Positions 45,433 through 59,059 of a stretch of DNA of 64,000 bases are shown piece by piece. Made by a program: the position numbers and the translations under genes. The stretch's first letter is position 1; every line of letters starts with the position of its first letter. Below the pieces are notes generated by a model. It saw only the letters and a program-made list of their open reading frames with translations. It made no database searches and was not told where the DNA came from. Source of the DNA: Pseudogymnoascus verrucosus (lineage: Eukaryota); NCBI GenBank assembly GCA_001662655.1, contig KV460223.1, one strand, 5' to 3'.

Positions 45433-46404
45433 GATGATTGATATATTATAGAATAGATTGGAAATATGAGTAGAAACTTGTCAACAAAACTGAAGAGTAA
45501 ATAAAGGGCAAACTTTGGAAGAATGGCCTTAATGACGACTTAATTCCGCGAGGTGCGGGGTTACAAACGCCATGGAATATATTTACCATGACCCCCAACC
45601 TGACAAATGCCGTGGAAGATACATTAACCCGACGCACCGACAGTGGAGATAAGATGTGCTCCGGTGGATGCGGGGCGGGATGGCGGGATAGCTCACGGCC
45701 GAGGTCCGCCATACATTTTGACTCCTCGAACGACACTTTCACCACTAATAGAAGCATACATTGTTGAATGACTAATGGGAATCTGGTAGACGAGTAGGAG
45801 ACTATTCATACAAGATCTTATTTCTCCGTATGTCCTTCACTTGGCTCAAACGGTTGCATCCTAAACATAAAATTCATATTGTTTCCTTGTTTTAAGCCCA
45901 CAAGTAATCCCATAAATTCATAACCTCATATCGGCGCTTGAATACTAACCCCCTTTCCATGGTATTGCACCATATACCACACAAAGCTCCACCTAGCACG
46001 ATAGTATGACCCTGATAGGATAAACCTTCAAGTCTTCGACACGTTACCTGCAAGAAAATCCGGCCTGCATTCATAGAAACACCAGTTTCATCCGAGACGT
46101 CATCGCATACCGCCAGCACAATCGTGCGGTCCAGCAGTGTGAGAAAAAGGTTAGGGGCAAACTCTAGCAATCTGCGAGTAGTTTTTCATCCCCATCTCCT
46201 GTTTTACTTTGTGTGTATTGCGCTCCTGTAAAGACCGTTAGGATGATAACCACAGACTAAACATACCAGGAAGCCTTGCTTGGGGGCATGGTCGCCGCCG
46301 TGGATCTGGGCACTCACTATTACTCTGTATAGCTGCTTTTATAGTGGGCAATAGTTTATATCCGGATTCTTGGGCTGCACGAGTACGATCAGGTTCCTGG
46401 CATG

Positions 46405-48257
46405 TTAATCGAAATCTGGAGGAGTAATACTTTTGTTGAAGGTCCACACGACGAAATCGTAGTCACCGAAGAGTATAAGAAATGATCCATCTCCAGTCAC
46501 CTCCTTAGATCGGTCATCAGGCATGACTCTTAGTCTGTCCGGTATCATTGGCTTCTGAGCGAGTTCAATAGGACCGACGAGGCAATGTGAAACCCCAAGG
46601 TCGAAGTTCGAATACCTCCCTTTCGACGTCCAAAGCTTCTTTCGAGAACTCTTAGGTCCATAACCTCCAAAGAAGTTGATGTCTGGTGGAGTTCCTCGTA
46701 TCTGGTCGCAAGATTTGATGGCCACGAGAAGAGCGTGTTGGATAGGGATTCTTGACGGAGAATCTTGAGATAACGCGGTAGAATTCTTTATTCCGATAAG
46801 TGGTAAATAGAGATTAGACGCCCAAAAGTGATAGCGAGTAGCTACGCGGTCGTTGCCGATGGTGCTATTTGGGGTAGTAAAGTTAACGTCATCGAAGTGC
46901 TTCTGCCCGCTAGGTAGGTGATAAAACTTCGTAGAAAACTTGTCATCACAGATGTTATATGCAATCTGCATGATAAGCTGTCTCTGGTTGTCCCCTGGCC
47001 GCTTCTCTTTGTGCCACCGATGGTCACACCCAAGATCCGTCCAGGTTGACGGAAAATCGAGCGGAAGCTGGCAAATATTGTAAGTGCCGTCGTCGTCGAT
47101 TTCTCGGATGGAGACGTGCAAGGCGTAAGGAGCACGCTCCAACCCTTGTTGGGGATACGATATGGGTACGGTCTTAACTAGTTTACCGTCGGAATATTTC
47201 TGCATCACCATTTTAATAACAGAATGATTGTCTTCACCCTGCCCCTTTTTAATCTTGGCCATTGTGCAGACGTAGAGCGTGTCCTGGGCACCTGGCGGTA
47301 TGAGGATCTTTACTACAGGCCGACCTCTGTATTTCGGTATTGGAGTGACTGTATAGTCTACTTGCTTCACGCGGTTGCTGGAAATATCCCAAAGAAAGAT
47401 CTCGTCGCTATCTGTAACAATGCCAACACGGTCAGGGTGGCACTGAGCTGCTATTTGCCAGATTGGGCTAGGTAATGTCACACAACGGGGGCTATCATCG
47501 TGTGTTCTGGAGAGAAAATAGGCATGTAGCTTTGGGGGGCTGTGAGATATTAGTCTTTTAGCAGAATGGACGGATGTGGAAGCAAGGACAGTATTCTTTC
47601 CGCAGAACCGACACATGTAGAATCTAGGACAGTATTCTTTCCGCAGAACCGATACATGTGGAATCTAGGATAGTATCTCACCTGCCGTTTTCCATGATGA
47701 TCAAGATATCATCAGACATGATCCACCTGTGGATATCTGCCCGCGCGGGAGTGATATACGCCTTTATGGTTCCAGTTCGCAAGGAGTATACGTTAACAGC
47801 CGGGCCATCGGCCCAAGCAACTCTGCCATTCCTATATTGACGGTTCCTAATGCTTGTTGTGGCTTCCTCGTCGGAGCTGGCGAGATCTGAGTATTTGTAG
47901 ATCTTCATTGCATGGTATTGGCCAATTTTCCTGGCCCGAAGCTGCTCCGTGAGAGTGACTGAGGCCGAGCACTTCTCATCGTGTGAAAGCTGTTGATAGG
48001 GTCCATTGAAAAACATGCGGAAATGTCTCTTCATCATTTTGTCACAGATAGGCTCGAGTGTCCATAATTTTAGCCATGTCTTCGACACCATTCGCATGTT
48101 TTTAAAGTCGACAAGATCCTCAATCTGGTTCAAAATAAGAAGTAGAATCTCAATGGGGAAACGCGGGATTATATCAGAAACGAAGGTCGTGGCCGACAGG
48201 ATACTCTTTGCGAGGCGTACTTCGTCCGGCAGCAAGGCACGAAGCAAGCCTTCTAAC
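46405..48257 (-). CDS. F-box protein (5' exon not resolved; intron ~47681-47558)
   Basis: DIIPRFPIEILLLILNQI..LVD...MRMVSKTWLKLW F-box followed by a divergent C-terminal region. ORFs 47678-48247 and 46405-47616 are joined by a GTGAGA..CTAAAAG intron. Confidence 0.72.
47585..47676. repeat. 41-bp tandem repeat (2 copies plus partial) inside the F-box intron
   Basis: AGGACAGTATTCTTTCCGCAGAACCGACACATGTAGAATCT at 47585 and a 2-mismatch copy at 47626, then AGGATAGTAT. Confidence 0.9.
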
Positions 48258-51200
48258 CTAAGTAGCCGTCAGTAAATTGTCTCCATGCAGGGACAGGAAT
48301 AACACAGTGCCATCTTGCATATCTATGTGGAAACTGGAGGGTCGAGGCCCACGACTACAACAGGCGCGGGGTAGCAGTGTAGCCCCTGTTGAGATCGACT
48401 TACTCTGATCTTCTTCTCAGCACATCTAGAGACCCATCTTCACGCGTTATCTGATTAAAAACCTGTGCCAGGTTTGCCATTGTTGCTGAAGGATACTGAG
48501 CTTCCCTGGCATGAAAGAGAAGTGCTGCATGTGGGTTGGAGGTTGGTTACAGGCCTGGCCTCACGGACTTGGTCACAAAAAGGTCGGGATTTGTGTCGGC
48601 GATGTCTCTCTGAGTTTATTCATATGCTAGGACGTAAAGCTCGCGCGTCAGGCCTTTGGGGTTGAAGCCATGAAGGAAGGTAAAGAAGGCAAGGCAGCAG
48701 CACGCTATCTTACGTGTACAGCTCACTGCACATGTCTGGTGATGATGGGCCCTTCGATAAGGCACGGCTATAGGCAGGAAGGCTGGCAGGCAGACAGGCC
48801 TTCCTTTTGGGCTCAGATACAGCTTTTGATGAAGACTTCTTATGCAATATACAAAATTCCTACACTTATAACTAGAAGTCTTACGTGAAGAGAGACCGAA
48901 GAGAGACGTGTATTGGCCAGATGCTTCAATACACAGTAACCACCAAGGTGGTGCGATGTTCGATGATGGAGGCACCAGGAACGACTAAGCCAGCACAGCC
49001 AGGCATCCGACCACATTGGTCGTTAACGGCACCTGTAGTAGCTGTGCGATCCGAAAACTACCATAAACTATGCTGTGAAAATTTATGTATTATGAGACTA
49101 TGAGACTACACAAACTTGGGATGAAAAATAGGTCTGTTAACTGAACTACTGTGGGCAACAATTTACCATACTATGCGGTCTTATATGTGTGTCTTATACC
49201 TACCTACTTACATATGAACTGGATGAAATACAGCTCCCAGCCGCTGTCATGTCACATGACTTGAGATGCCTTGGGTTGGTGGACCCTATGTTTCCAATGT
49301 TTCCAAAGGTGTTTGTACTCAGACCAGCCTCCTCCTAAGCTCATGCATGAATTAAGTGTACTGTACTTTGCAATGAGGCAGTACAACGCCCCAAACTCCG
49401 AGCTGCTTACATATTATGGGATAATCTTATGATGACATCGTTGCACTCGTATGTGGCCTTTGTTTTTGTGAGAGTTTCTCCTAAAAAGGACGACGAGGAC
49501 TGTGCTAACTATCTGATAGGGTATGGGCATGCAAAAGTATGATGCCGGCGGGGGTGCTGGCGGGGGATGCAAGGGAGTCCTAGGGAGCCACCGGGGGAGC
49601 CACCAGGGAGCCATCAGGGGTTATTGCATTCAAAGCACCCAAAGCTCTGTATGCAACCGGGAGCACTGTGCACTTTAGGCAGAGGGGTAGGGATCTCGTA
49701 GGGATGCAGGTAAGTAAACCAGACCCCATAGATCATCTACTCCCGAGATCATCATCAGTCATTTAACCCAATAATGCAGACTGCCTCTGTGAGCCAACAA
49801 GACACGATTGCTGGATCAGCCGTCTAATTGCACTTGGGAAACCGAGAGTACTACTCGTACTTACGGATTAAAAGGTACTGGAAGTTGTGTCTGTATGTTG
49901 TCTGTGTGTAAGATATGATAGATTCGATGGGAGGCACTCATACTGACTTGAGGGTATAGCTGGGTCGTACTGTACTGACATGAAGTGGTACTCGTACAAC
50001 AGATGATGTTCGGCCCCCTCCCATGCTACGACCACTGCGACCACTTCGACCACTGACACCCACTACAACTCGAGTAATACCTACAGCACGGTATTGTGGC
50101 ACACACACGATAACACCATAGCATGGCAGGAGCTGATCAAAAAAAGGGGGACACCTACTCTAATTGACGTAGGGAAGCTTCTTCCAGACTTGTGTCACAC
50201 CGGAGCTTGAGGGGGGGAGCTGCGGAGGAAAGGGTCTCGGCTTCCATGACTCGTAAGCTACAGTAGTGTGGACTTGTGAACGTGCGAACGGTGCCTTCCC
50301 AACATTTCATCTCCATCCTGCGCTGCACTGCAGTCCGGAGGCTTGCGCAACCTACGACGAACCCAGAAGAAAGAGACCGGTAGAGCCAGTAGCACTGGAG
50401 AGACAAGAGGACAAGCTGCTGCCGCCTATTCTCCAGCTGTACTTTTCGAGTATTATCTCGGCCAGCAAGCCACGATCAGTCGAAATATATCATATGCCCC
50501 CCTCCTTCTCTGAGACATATTGGCCTCCTTTTCTCTACATGTACCTGCATTGGCATAGCATTCAATGGCATACCATAGCATGACATGATATGATAAAAAA
50601 GGAGGCAAAAAGAATACAGACGACAAGTTAAGTATACTTACTATACAGTATTGTATAGAGTATAAGGAGTAAGTAGAGTTAGAGAAGTAGAAGAGTAGTA
50701 GAGTACGACAATAATAAGACCTTGTCAGACCTGGCACGGTTCCTTCTTCTTCAGCACTAGACTGAACTGCAACATATTATTGATCCCCCGGGGTTTTCCC
50801 CCCTTCTCCCCTTCTCCCCCTTACCCCCCCCTTCTCTTCGCTTGGCCCCAAAGTTTAAAAGTACCCTATACTTCCGCACTACTGCTCCAAGACACCATTG
50901 TTGCACAGAGTGATATGTACCACGGTACCGGAGCGTAAAAGTAAATTGAGGAGAAGGTGCGCACCACCACCGCAGTGGACACACTTCCCATCCCCATCCC
51001 CATCCCACCAACGACTTCTCCTCAATTGTACTCCTCTTACTCGAGTACTGCTGTACTACAACCGTGCATTCTGTATTTTTGTACTATACAGATCCTATCC
51101 CCCAAACCATCACTACTACTATACTAGAAACCCCGTCTGTGATAATCTCTCTCTTCTTCCGCAACCTCAAGATTAAATTCTTCGTTGCCGAACGCTTCAA

Positions 51201-51559
51201 GCCGTTACCCTCGCCCCCCGATCCCATTCTCCACTTAACGGCTGGAGGGGCTTTCCTATAGTGCAACTCTTTGCGCCAACCATATGCGAGGCTGAGCTTC
51301 AAGCGGCGCAAGATAGGTTGAGATCCCCCCGGTCGACGGTTCGGGAACCAGCATCTCAAGCTTCAATCCGACACAGAGGAGCTTTCTGCTTCTCTCAACC
51401 AACGGCCTTACGTTCTTCTGGCTCGGGAGCAATGAGGTATGTCTTCCAACACCCCGAAAATTGAAACAGAACGCACCCTCAGCTTTTGCTGGTGGTGGCG
51501 CAAAACCCCCAATCCCCAACTCGAGACATACTGACACACTTCTGAAAGGTGTATGAACA

Positions 51560-53581
51560 ATGAGCTCGCAAGATGAGAGCGCCCAACAGAGCTCGGCGAT
51601 GAACAACACAGAGGTCTCGTCCGCCGAAAGAACAGTGCCGATTATACAAACTCCCGCCCAGAGCTCCCCGCAATTACCTGGCGACCCTATGGTGGTAACA
51701 TCTCCAACCGCACCGACGATGGGACCTCCACCAGCTCGCACAAGCCCTGACCGTGGCGCAAACGGTGCACATGAGCAGACAACAAGCGCCATGGGAGAGC
51801 AGATGCAGAATGGAAGCGTGCAAAGCCCTGGCGCAGGGACAGCAACCCAGGGAAGTGCGCCACAGCCAAAGGTTCAACAGACAGCCTTTATCCATAAGCT
51901 ATACAAGTGCGTTTCTACGACCCATATGCTGCATTTATAACGGGACTAACGATTACATAGTATGCTGGAGGATCCAAGCATATCACATCTCATATCGTGG
52001 TCCAATTCCGACGAGAGCTTCGTCATGTCCCCATCTAACGACTTTTCTAAAGTTCTTTCGTACGTCTTCAACTACCCACGGTGGCAAACGATTTATATGC
52101 TGACTCCCGCAGGCAATATTTCAAACATACCAATATTTCTTCTTTTGTCCGGCAATTGAACATGTACGGATTCCACAAGGGTCGGTAATGCCTTACGAAA
52201 ACTGTTGTTCGTAGCTAATGATAATTAGTGAGCGATGTCTTCCATACCGGCTCGCCAGAATCACCATTGTGGGAATTTAAACATGGCAATGGCAATTTCA
52301 AGCGTGGCGATCTCGTTGGCCTTCGAGAAATCAAAAGACGGGCATCACGGCATGCTCTGGTGCACCGAGACTCATACCCTTCGGCAGTCAAGCCACCGCC
52401 TTATTCACACCCAGGAACTCCAGCCGAGCCAATACAGCCGCCAATGGATACCACAGAGTCAAGGCTTGCCCATTTAGAGAATGGCATGTATGACATGCAT
52501 GCGAGACTACTCCGAAGCGATGAAAGTGCCCAGTCACTGTATGCCAGGAATCAAGTCTTGGTTGAGGCCTTGACCCGATCACTTCAGGTATGACCGATCC
52601 CACCGCTGGGGTTGTACATGCTAACGTCACGTTTGCAGGTAAACCATGAGATATCTCGTATAGTACAAAGCACCGTGCCGAACGACGCGAACGCACACAG
52701 GAGCAGTAAGTCAATATTGCCATATGAGATAACATCTGCTAATCAGCTACACAGTCATGGACATGCAATCCGAGATCCAGCGCCAGACAGACGTCTTGAG
52801 GAACATTGATGAGCCATTGGAACAGCCATATTCGGGTTCCAGACAGTATTTCTCAAACCTATCCCTTGATAACGCCCCTATTTCTCCACGTCAACTAGCG
52901 CAGGACGACCAACGGCGCCAACCGCCAATGGCACAGTCTTCAAGGCCTGGTGCGTTTAGGCCCGTTCCCTCGCACCTATCTATCGCCCCTCGAAGGTTCG
53001 GGTCTATCGGGGCTGGAACTACTGCATCGTCGCCAAGCTCGTTGCGCTACCAAGTTGCTCCACCGCCACCACCACAAGCACCGCACCCTCTAATTGCGGT
53101 TACAACACCACCCACAGATCTCCCTCGCCGCCACACCTCGGCGGACATTCGAGTCCACACGTGGCCTAACCAACCTCAATACAACCCCGAGCAGCCAGCC
53201 TCCCACTGGCCATCCTCACCCAAGCGACCGCTAGCCGACCCAAGTGAGGATCAGCGCATCCGCGAGAGCTTCTCCTCATACTCGATACAAGGAGCCACCC
53301 AAAACCACGCCAATGCGTCACGGCCCTCAACGCCACCCTTCGGAAACAGCGGTGGTGCCCCTGAAAGCCTAGGCGCGTGGTCGTGGGGTGCATCGAGGGG
53401 AGATAAGTTTGGCGGCCCCGGATTCGGGACGTCGGGCCTCTTCAAAGATAACTCCGGCCCCCCTACGCGGAGGGGAAGCATGGCGCATATCCTGAACCCC
53501 GCGGAAACAGCTGAGCGTGATGAGGAGCACGACGAAGAGCTGCGAGAGGAAGAGGACCGCAAGAGAAAAAGGCTGCAGTAA
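51560..53581 (+). CDS. HSF-type DNA-binding transcription factor, Sfl1-like (multi-exon)
   Basis: QTAFIHKLY|..[24 protein letters not shown]|..[45 protein letters not shown] domain, a coiled coil, and RRGS PKA-type site near the C-terminus. Confidence 0.92.
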
Positions 53582-54276
53582 TATTTCTTCTGCCCGTCCG
53601 CGCTGCGCGTAACCGCGAGCAGCCCCGCAAAGTCAATACATTTTTTTTTGTTTACATTGGGTAGGCGTGGTGTCTCCAATATCGCCGCCTGCCCTAGCAT
53701 CATTTACCCGGGAGGTACATATTGGAAATCGTTTTTTTGTGTGTGTGGCTTGGATATTGGATTATCTGGATTGCATCATTTTTTTTGTTGATACACACGA
53801 AATCATTTTGATAACCACATTTAGCTGGATGAGAGGAAAAAAAATACTCACGAGATAAGGCTTTTTTATTTATTGTGAATGATAGTGTAGCCTGGGAAGT
53901 TAGTATACAATCAATGGGTGGGATATAATTGGCAGATTTGTCTGTTTTATTCCTGAGTGAGCAAGCTTAAATCAGAATTCTGCTGGCTGGATAACGTTTT
54001 AACGATGTTTGTCTATAAGTGCTATGTGCTATTCTTTACATTCCCCTCGATTGCCAGGCCTATCCAAGTTCCAATTGTAATGATACGTTGGAACAGTCCA
54101 ATCCTCGAACTGAGCCATATGCTCTTTCCCACCCAGCAGTTGGGCAAAGCTTGGTTCAGCTCGCCCAGAATATCTCCGAAGAGTTTCGCAAAGCTTGACT
54201 CAGCTTGCCTAGTATCTCTTCAACCAGTCTGGCAAAGCTTGGCCCAGCCCGCCCAGCCTATCTCCAAGCCAGTAAG

Positions 54277-55149
54277 TTATTCTTCTTTAGCAGCATCCTT
54301 GGCAGAACCTGCTCCTGTCAGTGCTTGTTCCCTCTCTTTCCGCTTCCTCTCCTTTTGCTTCGCCTTTTTCATGCGGTTCTTCTCTCTTCTCGCCTCGGCC
54401 TCGGCGGACAGCGGAGGGTTTACGGCGGCTGCAGCTGGAGTATCTGCTTTCACCGGAAGCTTCTTCTCGACTACAGCTGGTATGATTGGAGTTTCGGAGA
54501 TGGATGTGGTGGAAGAAATCGTTTCTGTGAGCTTTGTGATCTTGGGCTTAGAGTCGGCTTTAGGTGTGTGGGATGTAGCGCGGCTGTCCTCGTCGTCACT
54601 CTGGTCAACAGCCTTTGAGGTTGAAGCCTTCTGTTGGAGTGGGAGCGGCTTCGTCTGCTTTACAACTTTGGACGCTATAATTTTGAGCGCAGCCGCCTTC
54701 GCAACCTCGCGTTTGGCCTTCTTTGACTTCCCAAGATTGGACCGGCCTTCTTCCTCATCGCTTGTATCTTCCTTCAGCCCACGCTTCATACTGCTAGCCT
54801 TTTCTTCCGCATCGCGGGGTTTGGCGGCTTGCAGACCAGCTTTTTTCCCCATCATGAGGCTTCGTAGTTTGCTGTTGCCGTTGATATCTTTTCGGTTGAT
54901 ATCGCCATTAAGGTATTCCTTAGGGATCGGGGCGCCGAGTCCCAAGTTGGAGGGCATAGGGTTGAAAAGCTCCGCATCCCAGGCCTCGATCTCTTCCTTC
55001 GTCTTCGATGGGGCACATTTGCTGGTGTCGAACTTGTCGACCCAGCTCTTGACAATTGCATCTTGCTTCGCAATAGCTAGATCGATGCGCGCCTGGATAG
55101 CCTCCAGGTTTTCAGCTACTGGGAGCTTTTCACGAGCGTTGGGCGCCAT
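54277..55149 (-). CDS. Lys-rich fungal protein, DUF3245-like
   Basis: 290-aa ORF: IQARIDLAIAKQDAIVKSW, PSNLGLGAPIP, N.KLRSLMMGKK and basic NLS-like tail. The DUF assignment is from recollection of the family pattern. Confidence 0.7.
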   Translation of the reverse strand: MAPNAREKLPVAENLEAIQARIDLAIAKQDAIVKSWVDKFDTSKCAPSKTKEEIEAWDAELFNPMPSNLGLGAPIPKEYLNGDINRKDINGNSKLRSLMMGKKAGLQAAKPRDAEEKASSMKRGLKEDTSDEEEGRSNLGKSKKAKREVAKAAALKIIASKVVKQTKPLPLQQKASTSKAVDQSDDEDSRATSHTPKADSKPKITKLTETISSTTSISETPIIPAVVEKKLPVKADTPAAAAVNPPLSAEAEARREKNRMKKAKQKERKRKEREQALTGAGSAKDAAKEE

Positions 55150-55400
55150 CTTTGCTAATGTGAGAATTGTAAATATTTTGAGCCCCAGATTTCCGATTTT
55201 GGGATTGGATTGGCGTCAATTGTTCCCTATCATCACGTGACAACGCACCCGTTCTGCCCCGGGTGGTGATTGGTAGCTGGCTATTCGGGAACGCTAGCGT
55301 TACAGGAAGCTGTACCCCAAACTGTACATACGAAGAATATATTGATGCTTCAAGCCTTCCATTTCTTAATTTGGCAACGTTGAATATACCGGTTGTCAAT

Positions 55401-56900
55401 ATGTTCAGAATCGCTCGCAGAGGGCCATTGGCCTCGGCCATCAAGGCTGCCAAAGTACGAAACTCTCGCCCCTATTCTGTCGTGTTTACACGGAATTAAC
55501 CCAAATTTCAGTTCCCGACTCCTTACAGAGCAATTGGAGCCTCGCAACAAACGAGAGCCCTGAGCATTCATGAATACCTCTCCGCAGACCTCCTCAGGAA
55601 AGTATGTATTGCCCTGAACCGCGTCTTTGAATCAATGGATGCTAATGGCCGTAGTACGGCATCGGTGTCCCTCAAGGATCTGTCGCCAAAAATGCCGCAG
55701 AGGCCGAAGCTATCGCGAAGCAGATTGGCGGCGACGACATGGTCATCAAGGCACAAGTCCTCGCTGGTGGCCGTGGAAAGGGCACCTTTGACAACGGCCT
55801 GAAGGGTGGTGTCCGCGTCATCTACTCTCCCACCGAGGCCAGGATGTTCGCGGATCAGATGATCGGACACAAGCTGGTAACAAAGCAGACCGGTGCACAG
55901 GGCCGTATGTGTAACTCGGTATACATCTGCGAGCGCAAGTTCGCTCGCCGTGAGTTCTACCTGGCTATCCTTATGGACAGAGCCTCGCAAGGCCCAGTCA
56001 TCGTTTCCTCGTCGCAGGGCGGCATGGATATCGAGACTGTTGCCAAGGAGACCCCAGACGCCATCACCACCACACACATTGACATCCACACCGGTGTTAC
56101 TGATGAGATCGCACGCAAGATCGCCGTGGACCTTGGGTTCAGCGAGCAGTGTGTCGAGGAGGCGAGGGATACCATCCAGAAGCTCTACAAGGTCTTCATG
56201 GATAATGATGCCACCCAGATCGAGATCAACCCCCTTTCTGAGACCAGCGACCACCAGGTTCTTGCCATGGACGCCAAGCTCGGATTTGATGACAACGCCG
56301 AGTTCCGCCAGAAGGAAATCTTCGACTGGCGCGATACCACTCAGGAGGACGCTGACGAGGTCCGTGCTGCTGAGTCGGGATTGAACTTCATCAAGCTTGG
56401 CGGTGACATCGGATGCCTTGTCAACGGTGCCGGTCTTGCCATGGCTACCATGGACATCATCAAGCTTAACGGTGGTGAGCCAGCCAACTTCCTCGACGTT
56501 GGTGGTGGTGCTACCCCTGCCGCCATCAAGGAGGCTTTCACCCTCATCACCAGCGACCCCAAGGTCTCTGCTATCTTCGTCAACATCTTCGGTGGTATCG
56601 TCAGATGTGATGCCATTGCCAAGGGCCTCATCAGCACTGTTGAGAGCATGGACCTCCGCATCCCAATTATTGCCAGGTTACAGGGCACAAACATGGAGGC
56701 TGCGCACACTTTGATCAACGAGTCCGGACTGAAGATCTTCTCTATCGATGATCTCCAGAGCGCCGCTGAGAAGTCTGTCCAGTTCTCGAAGGTTGTAAAG
56801 ATGGGTATGTCAACTCCTCCCACCCCCTTTCCAAAAATACAGCTAACATGAAGCAGCACGCGACATCGATGTCGGTGTTGAGTTTTCTTTGGGCATCTGA
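55401..56900 (+). CDS. LSC2: Succinyl-CoA ligase beta subunit, mitochondrial (4 exons)
   Basis: Presequence MFRIARR.., LSIHEY, VIKAQVLAGGRGKG, QIEINPL, DAKLGFDDNAEFRQ, IGCLVNGAGLAMATMDII, PANFLDVGGGA, NIFGGIVRCD, RLQGTN; TGA at 56898-56900. Confidence 0.97.
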
Positions 56901-57319
56901 GCGGTTTAGACATTCGGGGGTTGCCATGTACTGATTCCTAGAGTTTACTTCGGTATACGTGTACACATACGATTAATTTTTCCATCTCATATTATCTTGA
57001 TGCGTGCAAACCTCCTTGTATTTGTGTGATATCTCAGGCTAACAACTTCCATGCATCGATCTTATGTTCAACCCTGCAAATTTGATGATTTAAACTAACT
57101 GGCCACCTAGGGCATCTATATAACTTCAAAGCCCTGTGACCCCCTCTTCGATTAGATGCACGCGAACATATGCAGAACGAAAAAAGAAAAGAAAAAGTCC
57201 GCCTTTCTCTCCTCGACATTCCATTTCATTCATAACCATAGGGCAGAGAGACCACAGAGCAGAGCGACCACAGAGACACGGCCGAGCTTCATTTCCGGCG
57301 AACGTAGCAGGCCAGCCTG

Positions 57320-58182
57320 CTATTGACGGGCTACACACCGTTAATATCCGTCCACAATAATCTCTATAGGAATGAAAACTTACACCATCCTCTCACCTCC
57401 GGAACGAGGTAGTAAGATACTACAGTTTCGTACCTCGGCGCCGGAGCCCTCTCCGCCGTCCCACCGCCGCAAAGCCACACCAAGACCAGCATCCCGATGA
57501 CCACATACAGCCTCGTCCAGTCGACATGACTTAGGAATTTGCAGACGGAGATCGCAGGCCTGACGACCAGGACAAGAGCCACCGCAGAGACAACTAGCAC
57601 CGCGTTTCGAGGCAGACTCTCCCAGCTCTCCTTGATCCAGCTGATAAAACGCTCGAGATGGTGGGCGGGCGTAACAGTGAGTGTGGACAGGATTTCCTCC
57701 ATATCCGGCCTCGGTGTTCCGGGGGCTGCGAGCGCCCACTGTTCGCGCATAAATGGAGTGAGGCCATCGGGGCCTTTTTTCTCGCGGGTCGAAAAGGCAG
57801 AGGCGGCGGCCCAACATGTGCGGTGATGGCAAAGAAGAGGTTGTTGCAGCTGGTAGTATGGCGTCGACATCTTTTGGGGTGGAGGCGGAGAGGGTCGGAG
57901 GAGGTAGATGCGGCGTTGCTGGCGAGAAGGAGGCGGAGTGAGGTAGGCGCGCAGACGATATAAAACTTGGTACCATATGAAAAGAGTTGCAACACATGCG
58001 GCAACCTGACCTAGCGCGTGGATGGATGAAACCGAGGTGATGCAGATGCTGCCAAACAAGACGACGATGAAGAAAGTTACGTGCCAGCCGTAGGCGTCCC
58101 CAAGGATGGTGGCTGCAAGAGAGAGCATGTTGAAGGCCATAGCGGCGTGGAGGGTGTATGTGAGGAGGTCAACCCGAGACAT
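57320..58182 (-). CDS. Hypothetical membrane protein (lineage-specific; probable short last exon after a GTAAGT intron)
   Basis: MSRVDLLTYTLHAAMAFNML.. with several hydrophobic segments; ATG at 58182; donor TGGT|GTAAGT and acceptor GTGTAG|CCCGTCAATAG. Confidence 0.55.
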
Positions 58183-58200
58183 AGCTGCGAGTTGGACGGA

Positions 58201-58415
58201 TGGAATCTTTGATTGTGGTGACACTGTTTCTTGGGAGTGAATAAACGGGGTCAGGGAGTTCGAAACAAAGATTTGTCCTGCAGGTAATGAGAATTTGGCG
58301 GAGCTTGGAATTTTGATTGTATCGTGGTGAGAACTGTTTCTTGGAAGTGAATAAACGGGGTCAGGCAGTTCGAAACAAAGATTTGTCCTGCATGTAATGA
58401 GAATCTGAGTGAGCC
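58201..58415. repeat. ~105-110-bp tandem duplication upstream of the hypothetical membrane protein
   Basis: Two near-identical copies of ACTGTTTCTTGG(G/A)AGTGAATAAACGGGGTCAGG(G/C)AGTTCGAAACAAAGATTTGTCCTGCA(G/T)GTAATGAGAAT. Confidence 0.88.
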
Positions 58416-59059
58416 GTTGAAACGGGGTGAGTCTGTTTTGGAGTAATATCAAAGAATGTTTCTTATTTTTGATGTGATAAAGTGTCTGACGGCAGAGGAA
58501 CGTTCGGCTTGTGCCAACAATAGCCTGTGAATGGTATATGGCTGAGCGCTAATTGCATTATCTGGGACTTGTTCTACCATTGTCATAAATTTAGCGCTAC
58601 TCTATCAATACAGATCAATACAGACAGTAAGTTTTGAAAGATTTCTCGGCTGGCCCAAGCCAACGATCTCAGACAAAATTCAGAAAAGGACGAACTCATC
58701 TCTGGACCGGCACGTAAACCATGAGTTTCATGACCACAGACTTTATTCCGAGAGAAAGAGTGTGTGTTTTCTATCCTGGATACATGCCGTGATAGAAGTT
58801 GGGGGGGGTTTATATTTGCACGCCCAGGCTCAGATTGTATCGCATCCAGGCAACCAGCCAGGCAACCGAGCACCAGAAACCTTCCGCTGCTCAACTTTTG
58901 AAAGCATTAAAATGTACACGATTTGTTTATGGACAAAAAGAAGCAATGCCATTTCATTAAATGTCTTTAGTCATCCTGATGTCACCTTCTCATCCTGATG
59001 TCACCTTCTATATCTATTTTTATGGCGGGACGTCGCACGCTTCCCATGTGTGATAATTC

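Noticed and set aside
53957..55240. 427-aa plus-strand ORF
   Set aside because: Antisense shadow of the Lys/Glu-rich minus-strand gene 54277-55149; Phe/Ser/Leu-rich composition typical of such shadows and a non-ATG start.
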